Positions 48,801-57,212 are shown, numbered from the stretch's first letter. The stretch is 64,000 bases of DNA from an uncultured Chlamydiales bacterium (GCA_963699155.1 OY969414.1:192001-256000), one strand, 5' to 3'. Made by a program: numbers and translations. Notes: generated from the letters alone by a model not told the origin.

Positions 48801-51800
48801 TGCTTTTGAGGTTTAGTCCGACCACTTACCCAGAAATCTGCTTTAATTATCTTGGTGAGTTCTCTTCTCGTGAATATGCCTCCTTCACATTTAGCCCCAT
48901 TTTGACAGGTACTATCGATCCTAAGGCCTCCATTCCCTACTCGTTGCAATGCAATCTCTTTATACTTGATAAGCAGCTTCACGTAGAAATGATCTTCGAT
49001 GATGAAAAATATCCCAATGAAACGCGAACGCCCCTCTTGCACCACTTTCGAAGTGACTTACTGGCTTTGATAGAATACCTCAATCATGAAACTCCTGAAG
49101 AGATTCCTACAGACTTTGGTCTGAACTTGCTGGCTTGGGAAGAGTGGCAACTCTTGCGCAGGCATCCTCAGATTATAGAAAAAATTCTTCCCCTAAGTCC
49201 TATGCAGGAGGGATTGATCTATCACATCGCTAAAGAACCCTCTTCAAGAGCCTATCACGAGCAGCTGATCCTTGAATTGACCGGAAAGATAAAACATGAT
49301 GAATTGCAAAAATGTGGAGAATATCTACTTGAGACTTATGAATCCTTGCGAGCCGCTTTTTTCTATCAGGGCCTTTCTTCTCCTAAGCAAGTGATCTTTA
49401 AACAAAGGCCTTTGCTCATCCATTTTTCAGATTTGAGTGAGCAATCCTCTTCTCTAGATGGTTATCTTAGGGAAGATAAAAGTAGAGGGTTTGACATTGC
49501 TCGCGACACTTTGTTCAGAATGGCTCTTTTTGATAAAGGGAGCGATCGATCTATTCTAGTTTGGAGTTTCCATCATCTCATCTTAGATGGATGGAGCTTA
49601 TCTAATCTCTTTAGGGCTTTCCTCGACCATTTCCAAGGTTTATCTGCGCATGGTACTTCACTTTCTACTTACACAGATTGGCTCAATCAACAAGACAAAA
49701 AGCAAGCCACCCTCTATTGGACAAATCTGCTACAGCAATTCGACTCTCCTGTTTCTCTGCCGAAAATTGTTTCGACAGAGCCTGTTTGTAGCGCCAAATC
49801 CCTCGTTTCTTTCTCTAGCATTCAGATAGAGAATCTGCACAAATTAGCTACCAAACAGAGCGTCACTATGAACAGCCTTTTCCAAGCGATCTGGTGCGTG
49901 CTGCTCAACTGCTTTTCGCAAAAATCAGATCTTCTCTTTGGAACGGTCATCTCAGGAAGAAACCCCAACATTGAGGGTATTGAAAAGATGGTGGGACTAT
50001 TTATCCAGACCATCCCTCTACGCATACGTCTCAACGATTACCGCCATTTTACAGAACTTGCACAGGGGATCCAAAAACAGCTGGTCCAAAGCGAGCCGAA
50101 TAGCTTTTTGTCTCTTTCTGAGATTCAATCCCTCACTCCCTTAAGAAACCATTTAATCGATCATCTTTTCGTATTTGAAAACTATCCCTTTTCAGGGCAA
50201 GCCCACCGGTTAGTAGAAGAGCGTCAACTCCCATTTCATCTGGTTTCAGCCGAACTGATAGAAGAGACCCACTATCCTTTAATCCTCAGTATCATCCCCG
50301 ATTCACCCTTCACTTTAGAGATTCAATATCATCGCAATCTCTTTGAAGAAGGGATGATCTTAGCACTGGGAAATTACTTCTCCCTTCTCATCGATAAAGT
50401 CTGTGGCAATCCTCTCATTCCTCTCGATGAAATCTCTCTCATCTCCTCTTCTGACAGGCAACTCTCAAACGAAATTCCCTATCCCAAAGAAAAAACATTG
50501 GTAGATCTCTTTGAAGAGCAGGCTAAGCGGACTCCTGAGAAAGTGGCTATCGTATCCGGATCACATCAATTAACTTATCGTTTACTGGATCAGAGGACAG
50601 ATCTATTGGCCTCTTATCTTGCTCAATTAGGGATAGGTCTGGAAAAGGGGGTTGGCATTTTACTCCCTCGCAGCATCGAAATGGTTATGGCATGGTTAGC
50701 AGTTTTAAAGTCGGGTGGGTTTTATATCCCTCTAGATCCCTCCTATTCTCACTCTCGTATCAACTCGATTTGTGAAGAAACGCACCTCCAATACATTTTA
50801 ACAACGGCATCTCTGGCTTCGACACACGGTATCCAAAAACAAGCAATTTGCTTAGATCAAGTATGGGAAGAGATCGCAAAAACAACTTTGATACCCTGTT
50901 CTAAACCCGATTCTAGTAACCTAGCTTACGTTCTCTATACGTCAGGTTCTACAGGTAAACCTAAAGGGATAGCGATGCCCCATTCAGCAGTGGGCAATCA
51001 CTTCCACTGGTTTGTCCGCCACTTTCAAGTGAATCCGCAAGACCAGATGCTCCAATTAACCACCTTCACCTTTGATGTAGCTCTGTGCGAGCTCTATGCC
51101 CTTTTTGCTGGTGCCACTCTTGTTTTAGCACCTCCTGAAGCACAACACCATCCAGAAGCACTTTTAAGAGTGATTGAAGAGGAGCGGATTTCAATTGTAC
51201 AACTCGTACCCAGCTTGCTTGAGGTGCTCTTAAAAACGGATGACTTTACGAAATTACAATCTGTAAGACATCTCTTATGTGGAGCAGACATCTTAAAACA
51301 AACACATCTCAAACAATGGTTCCAAAAATGCTCTATCCCTCTCACAAACCTATATGGCTTATCCGAAACTTGCATCGATGCCACTTTTTACCCCTGTTCA
51401 AAAGAGAGTGCATCCCAAGTAATCCCTATCGGAAAGCCTCTCGACAATCTTGAAATTTTTGTCTGTGATGAGCAAGGAGCTTTGCTTCCTCCAGAGATAT
51501 CTGGAGAGCTCTATGTAGGAGGAAACAGTTTAGCAAGGGGCTATTATCTCCACCCTGAATGGACAGCTGAAAGATTTCTCCCTCACCCATGTAAAGTGGG
51601 AGAGATTCTCTACCGCACAGGAGATCTGGCTGTGCACAAAAGCGATGGTCAACTCTACTACTTAGGTCGAAAGGATTTGCAAATTAAAATTCGGGGCTTT
51701 CGTATTGAATTGGAAGAGATTGAGAAAATTCTCTCCTCTTATCCTGATATGGAACGCGTGATCGTCAGAACAGTCGGTGAAGGCTCTCAGCGCGCATTGT

Positions 51801-52339
51801 GTGCCTATTTTTCTGGAGCTTCCGTCCACATACAGCCTCTTAAAATATTTCTGGAAGAGAGAGTGCCACACTACATGGTTCCTAGCTTCTTTGTTAAACT
51901 GGATCAATTCCCCCTCATAGCACATGGCAAAATCGACATCACGGCGCTTCCTAATCCCTTACATGATCATGTTAAAGTCGATCTGGTTCACCCCCAAAAT
52001 GAGCTACAGAGGCAGATCTCTCTTATTTGGAAAGAAGTCCTCCAATTGGATCTTGAAAAAAACCTCTCTATAGATTATAACTTTTTTGATTTGGGAGGAA
52101 ATTCAATGATCTTGATGCAAATGTTGTATCAACTGAATAAGCAGCTGCAACGCTCCCTTTCTTTTGAAAAGATATTTCAATATCCAACGATTCGTTCGCT
52201 GTCTGAATTTTTGAACAGCTCAGAGAAGGAACCCCTAGATTTTCAAAACATCGCCCAACGCATTCACCAACAGCGTTTGAGAAGAGCCAAGGAAAAAAAC
52301 AATAATCTCTATGGCTATACTCAGGAATATCATGAGTAG
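42857..52339 (+). CDS. NRPS: FAAL-ACP-C-A(Asn)-PCP-E-C-A-PCP
   Basis: FAAL motifs LQYTSGST, WLPLFHDMGL, CYGMAEAT; GLDSL; C domain HHLIADLWS; E domain HHLLIDGVSW, EGHGRE, RTIGWFT; second C domain PLSPMQEG...HHLILDGWS; GGDSI and GGNSM carriers; no TE. Confidence 0.95.
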   Translation: MNDSNLFIDDILRKRALKTPQETAYRFLLDGESLEVSISYHDLDKKAQTVASALKHKLTKGPQTALALLLFPSGLEFISAFFGSLYAGVIAVPLSIPKANRTSDRLSSIFKESSFSLILSDQATYKELRRHPFFSSLPDDIWVLTDQLEGNFSFEKRDRQPIAFLQYTSGSTTLPKGVIITHDNIIANQKMIQEAFGHDASTVFVGWLPLFHDMGLVGNILQPMYLGIPSTLISPVAFLQKPIRWLRAISKYRATTSGAPNFAYDLCVQKIKDHEIHDLDLSCWKVAFNGAEPIHLKTLERFVSHFGSCGFRKNAFYPCYGMAEATVFISGNAPKQSWESIQVDRQALEQQHRALPSTSSQSLFFVSVGKSWQNEKISIVHPEKWVPCSPFEVGEIWVQGPHVGIGYWNQPEATTKAFHNRLASDEGFFLRTGDLGFLDQSGTLFITGRLKDLMIIRGRNIYPQDVEFLVEKSDPALRPHGSAAFSITQDEQECLIIVSEIEREHIRYFEPEIVRGNIRQTLSQELQIIPTSLVFIKPGTLPRTSSGKVQRTLCKKLFLENKLETLAQVKGGFSTQNPSVPIVAELKERVATTLHLLPQQIEPHTILSSYGLDSLGAIEIQAFLQERWSFPLGFEELLGEITLEQLTSRILAYTPSAATLSSSRATLSSLSYQQQGIWVDMKLFQNPPVYHLAKVVEITSPVNAFRLKESLAELAQRHELLRAQFSSQESSFKILPQISLPFFEIAIPEKDLTEFFQRTLLQPFQMDDEVLFAAWLIKTETDRHLLFLKAHHLIADLWSLGIFLEELIALYDQLQLPPIQFSYRDYINFQRESLLNAHHQQSIEFWKLHYAPSTLLTTDFPKQAVPTFEGGHLYFNLPNQLSHALKSFSHLHNTTPFVVLLSAYFVLLWERAGGKHWCVGTTSSYRPDHRLHSCFGLFANLLPICSSLSPYLSFEQHVHKVKKVILDSFHYQVPFYQLIEQLPQVREKGSSQLFQTMFVYQSVPTLSDEFQDLIIPTSSSTPSFQKGSLCFQPQSWLPPTSAFDLSLFMNESRGQFHGYFEYSSELFSASTLHSMKDQFLDILERSLQHPQAHLSALSKFPTPPIFSEFHLSLIDLFEAQARRSPDKLALVEQEKVLTYSGLDVLSNQFAKVLIKRGATPDSVIGVKMEHAIEVVITILAILKVGAAFLPIHPKTPDNRLKSIVNDSHCSHIVISPNALPLPFPCIPCADWENESKAPFRSLAEYDSIAYLIYTSGSTGQPKGVCVSHQSLVNYLFAIREVYTLKGSLHFPLYSPLSFDLTLTSLFFPLLFGHTIHIYEEQEEIGSTLFKIFNHPLITHVKLTPSHLKLLEHFEISCPHLSQLIVGGEQLPASLVLKTCDLFKHPLTVINEYGPTETTIGCISYIFTSPTSTTQLPILPIGTPLTNTWTYLFNDYLQFLPLNTIGELYLGGIDVSYGYWNQPDLTAEKFIPDVLVAGKRVYKSADLALQLDPSTYICLGRNDRQVKVRGFRIELQEIEECLLQHPDIRETVVLLHTKEEHSFICAYFTQKNQGIEIDLVDLRHFMSHHLPHYMAPSVLIPCLHIPINTNGKVDTKTLPDPEQWLLPEDGIILTSLQKQLRQIWGRVLVLQPDKISLSRSFFELGGDSIKAIQLVSLCRAENLLITTSDLFQNPTLVQLAYLLETQNSQNRLISSEEENEEPCPLTPIQRWFFTYFPSPTHHFNQSLLLKRSGGFNPEFISRSFRAICEQHDTLRMFFPNNNSSFVRPSVELSFRLLTFDLTLAPQWESEMQREMGSLQTQLDFTHGPLLILGLFDTPHESYLFITIHHLLIDGVSWKILLEDFDRSYRQQVDGLPIKLAAQTTSYASWARKSIQNQSPLLPAKSFPVAHQIRTQVTLTNQETAKLLQKKIPGILLTALYSAFAKLGHFSLQLHLEGHGREHERNGPDLSRTIGWFTTLNPVELKVESPLSLPHLIRSVKECLLLRFSPTTYPEICFNYLGEFSSREYASFTFSPILTGTIDPKASIPYSLQCNLFILDKQLHVEMIFDDEKYPNETRTPLLHHFRSDLLALIEYLNHETPEEIPTDFGLNLLAWEEWQLLRRHPQIIEKILPLSPMQEGLIYHIAKEPSSRAYHEQLILELTGKIKHDELQKCGEYLLETYESLRAAFFYQGLSSPKQVIFKQRPLLIHFSDLSEQSSSLDGYLREDKSRGFDIARDTLFRMALFDKGSDRSILVWSFHHLILDGWSLSNLFRAFLDHFQGLSAHGTSLSTYTDWLNQQDKKQATLYWTNLLQQFDSPVSLPKIVSTEPVCSAKSLVSFSSIQIENLHKLATKQSVTMNSLFQAIWCVLLNCFSQKSDLLFGTVISGRNPNIEGIEKMVGLFIQTIPLRIRLNDYRHFTELAQGIQKQLVQSEPNSFLSLSEIQSLTPLRNHLIDHLFVFENYPFSGQAHRLVEERQLPFHLVSAELIEETHYPLILSIIPDSPFTLEIQYHRNLFEEGMILALGNYFSLLIDKVCGNPLIPLDEISLISSSDRQLSNEIPYPKEKTLVDLFEEQAKRTPEKVAIVSGSHQLTYRLLDQRTDLLASYLAQLGIGLEKGVGILLPRSIEMVMAWLAVLKSGGFYIPLDPSYSHSRINSICEETHLQYILTTASLASTHGIQKQAICLDQVWEEIAKTTLIPCSKPDSSNLAYVLYTSGSTGKPKGIAMPHSAVGNHFHWFVRHFQVNPQDQMLQLTTFTFDVALCELYALFAGATLVLAPPEAQHHPEALLRVIEEERISIVQLVPSLLEVLLKTDDFTKLQSVRHLLCGADILKQTHLKQWFQKCSIPLTNLYGLSETCIDATFYPCSKESASQVIPIGKPLDNLEIFVCDEQGALLPPEISGELYVGGNSLARGYYLHPEWTAERFLPHPCKVGEILYRTGDLAVHKSDGQLYYLGRKDLQIKIRGFRIELEEIEKILSSYPDMERVIVRTVGEGSQRALCAYFSGASVHIQPLKIFLEERVPHYMVPSFFVKLDQFPLIAHGKIDITALPNPLHDHVKVDLVHPQNELQRQISLIWKEVLQLDLEKNLSIDYNFFDLGGNSMILMQMLYQLNKQLQRSLSFEKIFQYPTIRSLSEFLNSSEKEPLDFQNIAQRIHQQRLRRAKEKNNNLYGYTQEYHE

Positions 52340-53864
52340 AAGTGTAGCTGCGCCAAGCCTCTTATCCCGAGAGCAAGAAGGGCTCGTCACCTATCACCCG
52401 CAAATTCTTGTTGAAAGAGAATTGAGGGATATCCTTTATGGCGCTCCCCCTAAAATTCAAAGCACAACGGCTTGTAAAGTAACACATACTGTCCTCAAAT
52501 TGATGGCTGCAGCAGCTTGTTATGCGGCAACTTTTGCTAATTTAGAATCGTCCCGTAGGAACTTTGATGACCCTATTTTCCGAGAGATCGTTGCCTATGC
52601 TGACTCCTTTGCTTGGGGGACCGTTTCAGTATGGTCTGCATGGGGCATTTATAGGGATATGATTGAAAAAGGCACCATCCACATGAGGGCAAGAACCAAA
52701 TGTTTGATGGTCACACACTGGATAGGTGTTGTCTTTCTTGGGCTTGTTTCGATGCTTCCCACTACTTATACCACCTATCATTATAATGAAAGTCTCTTCT
52801 GGACGATTTATACTCCTCTGATACTTTCTTTCTTTTCAATGGTAGCCATCCATGAGACCTTCGACGCTGTTTTCGTCCATCATAATTTCGCCAGTCGTCT
52901 ATTTTGTCCTCGAAGACCTAAAGTAGAATTATCGCTAGCACAACATAACCTGCATAAAATCTTTGACTATTCAAGTAGAGCACTCTCAGACGAAAGAGAC
53001 TTTATATTTGAAAGTGGACTTTTAGCTTTAAATGATGGCTCCAAAAAAGATGCTAGACTTATGCAAGAGGCTCTTCTCAAACTGATGGAGCGCGGTCTGT
53101 CGCACCGAGAAGATATACAGGAAGAACGTTCAAAAAAATGTCCCTTAATTAGAAGTATCCTCAAAGCAGTTGCAATTCCAATCACTTTAGCAACTCCTAT
53201 TATGGATGGAATTTTTATTAATGCGGGATATCGAGAAATTCGCCCAGAGACATGGCCTCTCCCCTTCATTATCGCACTCGCAGTGGTTCCCTCTTTTTAT
53301 CTGCTTGTTAAAATGGACAGGGACTTTGCTGGCCAAGCTTATGATGGCGTCACGAGTTGCGCATGCAGAAATTTCTCTGCACGTGAGTGGGCAACTTGGA
53401 TTGTGACCTTGCTGCTGACTACTTGTGGATTATCAACAGATGTCACCTTTGCGCGCGATTTTGTTGGCTTTGATAATTTTGGCCGCGCAGCGATCTCTGC
53501 TCTCTTTCTTTGTGTCATCGGAGTTGTCTTGATTACCACCATACAGGAGATGGCTGAAGAGGTTACCGATTTTTTTCAAAAAAGAAAAAGAAACGTCCAA
53601 GAAATTCAATATGATGTACTTGTCGAGAAGGTTGATGCTTTATCCATCTTCTTTAAATATACACGATCGGCAAACTTTTTAGCGGCGATGCAAGTCATGG
53701 GGTTTGGTGATCATAGCACACGAGATCTCAGCACATGGCAGATCACTCACCGTGATCTGCAACAGATGCTAACTGACTTGACACACTCGATACAACCTCC
53801 TGAAGAAGTCATGAGCGATGGCGAGTATGTTCCCTTGGATGAAACTGAACCCAATTTTAAATAA
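52332..53864 (+). CDS. Uncharacterised multi-pass membrane protein, paralogue B
   Basis: ATG at 52332 overlaps the NRPS stop; begins MSRSV (paralogue A begins MSRAV); shared motifs. Confidence 0.7.
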   Translation: MSRSVAAPSLLSREQEGLVTYHPQILVERELRDILYGAPPKIQSTTACKVTHTVLKLMAAAACYAATFANLESSRRNFDDPIFREIVAYADSFAWGTVSVWSAWGIYRDMIEKGTIHMRARTKCLMVTHWIGVVFLGLVSMLPTTYTTYHYNESLFWTIYTPLILSFFSMVAIHETFDAVFVHHNFASRLFCPRRPKVELSLAQHNLHKIFDYSSRALSDERDFIFESGLLALNDGSKKDARLMQEALLKLMERGLSHREDIQEERSKKCPLIRSILKAVAIPITLATPIMDGIFINAGYREIRPETWPLPFIIALAVVPSFYLLVKMDRDFAGQAYDGVTSCACRNFSAREWATWIVTLLLTTCGLSTDVTFARDFVGFDNFGRAAISALFLCVIGVVLITTIQEMAEEVTDFFQKRKRNVQEIQYDVLVEKVDALSIFFKYTRSANFLAAMQVMGFGDHSTRDLSTWQITHRDLQQMLTDLTHSIQPPEEVMSDGEYVPLDETEPNFK

Positions 53865-53919
53865 CAGCGGAACGCTAGTACTCAACTGCAAAAGTCTTTG
53901 GCATTTTGGCAGCCGGGTA

Positions 53920-54651
53920 CTAGTTTAAAGGTTTCTCCATTTCCAAAATCCATGTCTCTCCTGAAACTGGGTCATGATCTACTCTAGAGAATTTAAATCC
54001 TGCTTTTTGATAGCTTTTGATCGCACGGATATTATCTGCATTCGGATCGATCACGATTTTTTGAGCCTGGTATTTTTCAAACAAGAGACGCGTGAATTTC
54101 CGTAGAATTTCGGTCCCATATCCCTTCCCCAGGTACTCTTCTTCCCCAATAAAGAGATCAATACCAAAAGTTCCTGGGGGAGATCCTGTGAAGTAGTCTA
54201 CCTCCTCCTTTTCAAGTAGATCTCGGGCATGCACATCCCAAAATTGAATATGCCCAATGGGTTTACCCTCATCGAGGATTACGAAAGGATAGTCAATTCC
54301 ATTGCCTTCTATTTTTTTGAGAATGAATTCTTTAGGTTGATAGCCATCTAAAAACCAGATATTTTTTACATGCTCTCTCTCAGCCCATTCATAATAAAGC
54401 GGAACATCTTCCAAGGTAAATTCTTTAAACGTAATATTCATCTCTTTCTGGTGACCTCCTAGTGTAAGTTTTTGTCCCCTGCTTGTAAGGGTTGAACCTC
54501 TCTTTGCCATCTGAACAAGTTTGTCGTGAAAAGCTGGTTCAGGGACTACGACCCTTCTGAGCAATGAGGCCCTAGGATTAATAGAGAACAGACGGAAAGA
54601 GAGCGCTTGCAGCGGCCGAGGGAGGAACTTTAAAGAAGTGATAGATGCCAT
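53920..54651 (-). CDS. GNAT N-acetyltransferase, AAC(6')-like; core starts at 54441, possible 70-aa N-terminal extension from 54651
   Basis: GIDLFIGEEEYLGKGYG, IDPNADNIRAIKSYQKAGF; in-frame ATG 14 nt after the amidinotransferase stop. Confidence 0.8.
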   Translation of the reverse strand: MASITSLKFLPRPLQALSFRLFSINPRASLLRRVVVPEPAFHDKLVQMAKRGSTLTSRGQKLTLGGHQKEMNITFKEFTLEDVPLYYEWAEREHVKNIWFLDGYQPKEFILKKIEGNGIDYPFVILDEGKPIGHIQFWDVHARDLLEKEEVDYFTGSPPGTFGIDLFIGEEEYLGKGYGTEILRKFTRLLFEKYQAQKIVIDPNADNIRAIKSYQKAGFKFSRVDHDPVSGETWILEMEKPLN

Positions 54652-54664
54652 AAACGTGTCGTTA

Positions 54665-55777
54665 TTAAAAGTAACTCTGTAATTCTCCTCTTCTTCGAAT
54701 ATCGAGTGTGGCACAGTGAATCCCTCCACCAAAAGAGTAAAAATGGCGGAAAGAGCAGGGGATCGGTTGAAAGCCATTCTTTTTAAGCAGTCGGATGGTT
54801 GGTTCTTCATGTTTCTCAACGACTACCCTTTTCTCATCGAGCATAAAGATATTCATCGAGACCCAAGAGCTACTGATATACATCGGATGATCACTGGGTA
54901 GGGTGGAGGGCGGGGCATACATCACATTCCATGACTTGAAAAGGGGTGGAATCACTGGCACCCTTTCTGGATGAATCAGTAGGTGGCCTGGAGCCAGTGG
55001 CATGAAAGTGGCATCCACATGCATGGGATGGGAATCATTAAACTTCAATTTGTGGATTTTAAATTGTGATCCGATCTCTCTTTGGAGCCAATCGATTCCA
55101 AAATCGTTAGTGACATTGCTTTTTTGTACAAAGATATCTCGGCCGCATCTGATGAAGTCGGCCGCATCAAAAGTTGGCTCAAATTCAGTAATGGAGTAAT
55201 CCTCCCACTCGCCCTCACCTGTCTCTCTGTAGTCTTCGTTATAGAGCGCATCGGAAAGTTGAGGTTTAGGTGCGCTGGTCCACTTTGCACCTCGATGAAA
55301 ATACTCCTTCAACAAGGATCGATAGGCATGCATTTCAAAATAACGGGAACGCCAGGCTAATGGGGATTCGATGATTTCATTTCCAATCACCAACAAAAGA
55401 TCGCGTGGCATAGCCTGATAGAGACCTCCTGGACTGCTCCATTCAGGAGTGGAAAAGGGGCGGGCGTGATCGACTTTCTCAGGCCTACGGACCTTGATGC
55501 CTTCGGCTTCCAAAATGGCTACGAATTGGTCTAGTTCTTTGTTGGCTTCCTTAATAAGCTCAGGTGGGAATGATTTTCCCTGATACTGTCGGAAAAAATG
55601 CTCTTTAGAAGTGGGAACGGTTGCTTTGACAACAGAATCATAGAGGGGAATGGTGGCACCATCGACATTGCCCACAATGACCTCTTCAAGAGGATCCCAT
55701 TCGTTAAAGGAGTTGACTATGGGCAAGTCGACCGTTTGATCTTTTTCAATTTCACGTTCTAATAGACTAAAAAGCAT
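54665..55777 (-). CDS. Amidinotransferase (L-Arg amidino donor; AGAT/StrB1/SxtG/CyrA family)
   Basis: VNSFNEWDPLEEVIVG, MPRD, FDAAD, MHVDAT, GGGIHCATLD (catalytic Cys). Confidence 0.93.
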   Translation of the reverse strand: MLFSLLEREIEKDQTVDLPIVNSFNEWDPLEEVIVGNVDGATIPLYDSVVKATVPTSKEHFFRQYQGKSFPPELIKEANKELDQFVAILEAEGIKVRRPEKVDHARPFSTPEWSSPGGLYQAMPRDLLLVIGNEIIESPLAWRSRYFEMHAYRSLLKEYFHRGAKWTSAPKPQLSDALYNEDYRETGEGEWEDYSITEFEPTFDAADFIRCGRDIFVQKSNVTNDFGIDWLQREIGSQFKIHKLKFNDSHPMHVDATFMPLAPGHLLIHPERVPVIPPLFKSWNVMYAPPSTLPSDHPMYISSSWVSMNIFMLDEKRVVVEKHEEPTIRLLKKNGFQPIPCSFRHFYSFGGGIHCATLDIRRRGELQSYF

Positions 55778-57212
55778 GGAAGACCTCTTTCCCTTGTGGA
55801 GAAAATGCAAAAATTGTGAGTTTGGAACAGATTTTCCTCCTCAGAGCTGGTTTTGAAGCACCTTCGATATCGATTTTATGGGGTCTATAGATAATTTCTT
55901 CAATCGGTGTGAGCGAGAGAGAATTAAATGTTTCACTCGGAATCAACATCGCCCTGGAGGAGGGAAGGTGGTAGAGATGAATCCAAGGTAAACCATTTTG
56001 GGTACAGTCTTGAGAGAGATTATAATAACCATATTCCTCCGGAACCTCAGATTCGTTTATGCAAATGACCAAACTATCCGGAGGGATATCGAGCATGGCA
56101 TGGGAAAGAGAAGTAAACCCAGCACCCCGTTTTACAAGATGTCTCACAAGGGGATGAAAGGAAGAAGGAACATTAAATAAGCCTCTTAAAGCCTTAATAG
56201 TTGCACCGTTTGCCTGAGATGAAAGATGAAAAATCTCGATGCCTTCTCTTTCTTTAAATGAAAGAACCTGCTTGGAGTCGGTATCGAGTAGAAAGCCGTC
56301 TGGAACCTCTTTGACAACTATTCCATTAGGATAGTGATAGCTTTCATTGTCAATCGGAATGGGCCTGCTAAATGAGAGGGAGTGGCATCTTTTTTCTAAA
56401 TTATGAATTTCTTCAGCGGGTGTAAGCCCCCTCACAACTACGCTTGTGCGTTTCCCTCTTCCTAAACTCGGGGAGACAGAGCTTTTATAATTTATAGGTG
56501 CTACGATGGTGTGTGGAGGGAGGGTGGTGGGATAGTCAGGTGGTGTGTAAGCCTCTTGAGTAACTGCTGGCTCTGCAAAAAAGATGCCTACGACCTCTTT
56601 TGGAAAGAGGGGGATCATGAATCGATCCTCAGATTCAGGATCTTGATAAATGGTGGAAGAAAAAGTCTCTTCTCCCATGTGCCAATCCATCATCGTCAGA
56701 TCTTGGGTAATATAGTATTGTTGGCCATCGGATGGATTCTGTTCGAGGAACTTATATAACTCTGTCACATCATCTAGGTGGAACCTGTTTACATCGAAGT
56801 TAATGACAAAATTTTGTCCCGAAAAGGGATGGATAAATTCCACTTCAAGAAAATGCTCAGCCAATTCTTTTAAATTGTTGGTGTAGTTTTTAAAAAGAGC
56901 CGTTCCTTTCTGATCAACAAATACCGGATTTGCGTTGATATCTTCTCCGATCGGTGTGCGAAATAGGGTGGCGAAGGGAATAATTTCCGGACCTGGAAAA
57001 TATTCAGTGTCGTAGATGATCCCTAGCATCATCTGATTTTCAAGAGCCTCTACAAACTGCCGCGAAATACGCTCCTTCTCAGGAATCATGTAAAAAAAGA
57101 GTTTCGTTTTGCCAAGTTTGACTTCATAAATTTGAGCGTTATCCTTTCTTCCAGGCAGTGGAGTAAAACTCGAAAGCAGAAAAAGGAAGGTGAGAAGGGT
57201 TATCGATTTCAT
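55767..57212 (-). CDS. Uncharacterised exported BGC protein, paralogue 3 of 4
   Basis: Signal peptide; FHLD...TMMDW...PPHTI...GKRTSVVVRG. Confidence 0.78.
   Translation of the reverse strand: MKSITLLTFLFLLSSFTPLPGRKDNAQIYEVKLGKTKLFFYMIPEKERISRQFVEALENQMMLGIIYDTEYFPGPEIIPFATLFRTPIGEDINANPVFVDQKGTALFKNYTNNLKELAEHFLEVEFIHPFSGQNFVINFDVNRFHLDDVTELYKFLEQNPSDGQQYYITQDLTMMDWHMGEETFSSTIYQDPESEDRFMIPLFPKEVVGIFFAEPAVTQEAYTPPDYPTTLPPHTIVAPINYKSSVSPSLGRGKRTSVVVRGLTPAEEIHNLEKRCHSLSFSRPIPIDNESYHYPNGIVVKEVPDGFLLDTDSKQVLSFKEREGIEIFHLSSQANGATIKALRGLFNVPSSFHPLVRHLVKRGAGFTSLSHAMLDIPPDSLVICINESEVPEEYGYYNLSQDCTQNGLPWIHLYHLPSSRAMLIPSETFNSLSLTPIEEIIYRPHKIDIEGASKPALRRKICSKLTIFAFSPQGKEVFHAF

Noticed and set aside
54652..54819. 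First 56 codons of the 299-aa GNAT ORF in the track
   Set aside because: They overlap the conserved amidinotransferase C-terminus in another frame; 54651 or 54441 are the plausible starts.
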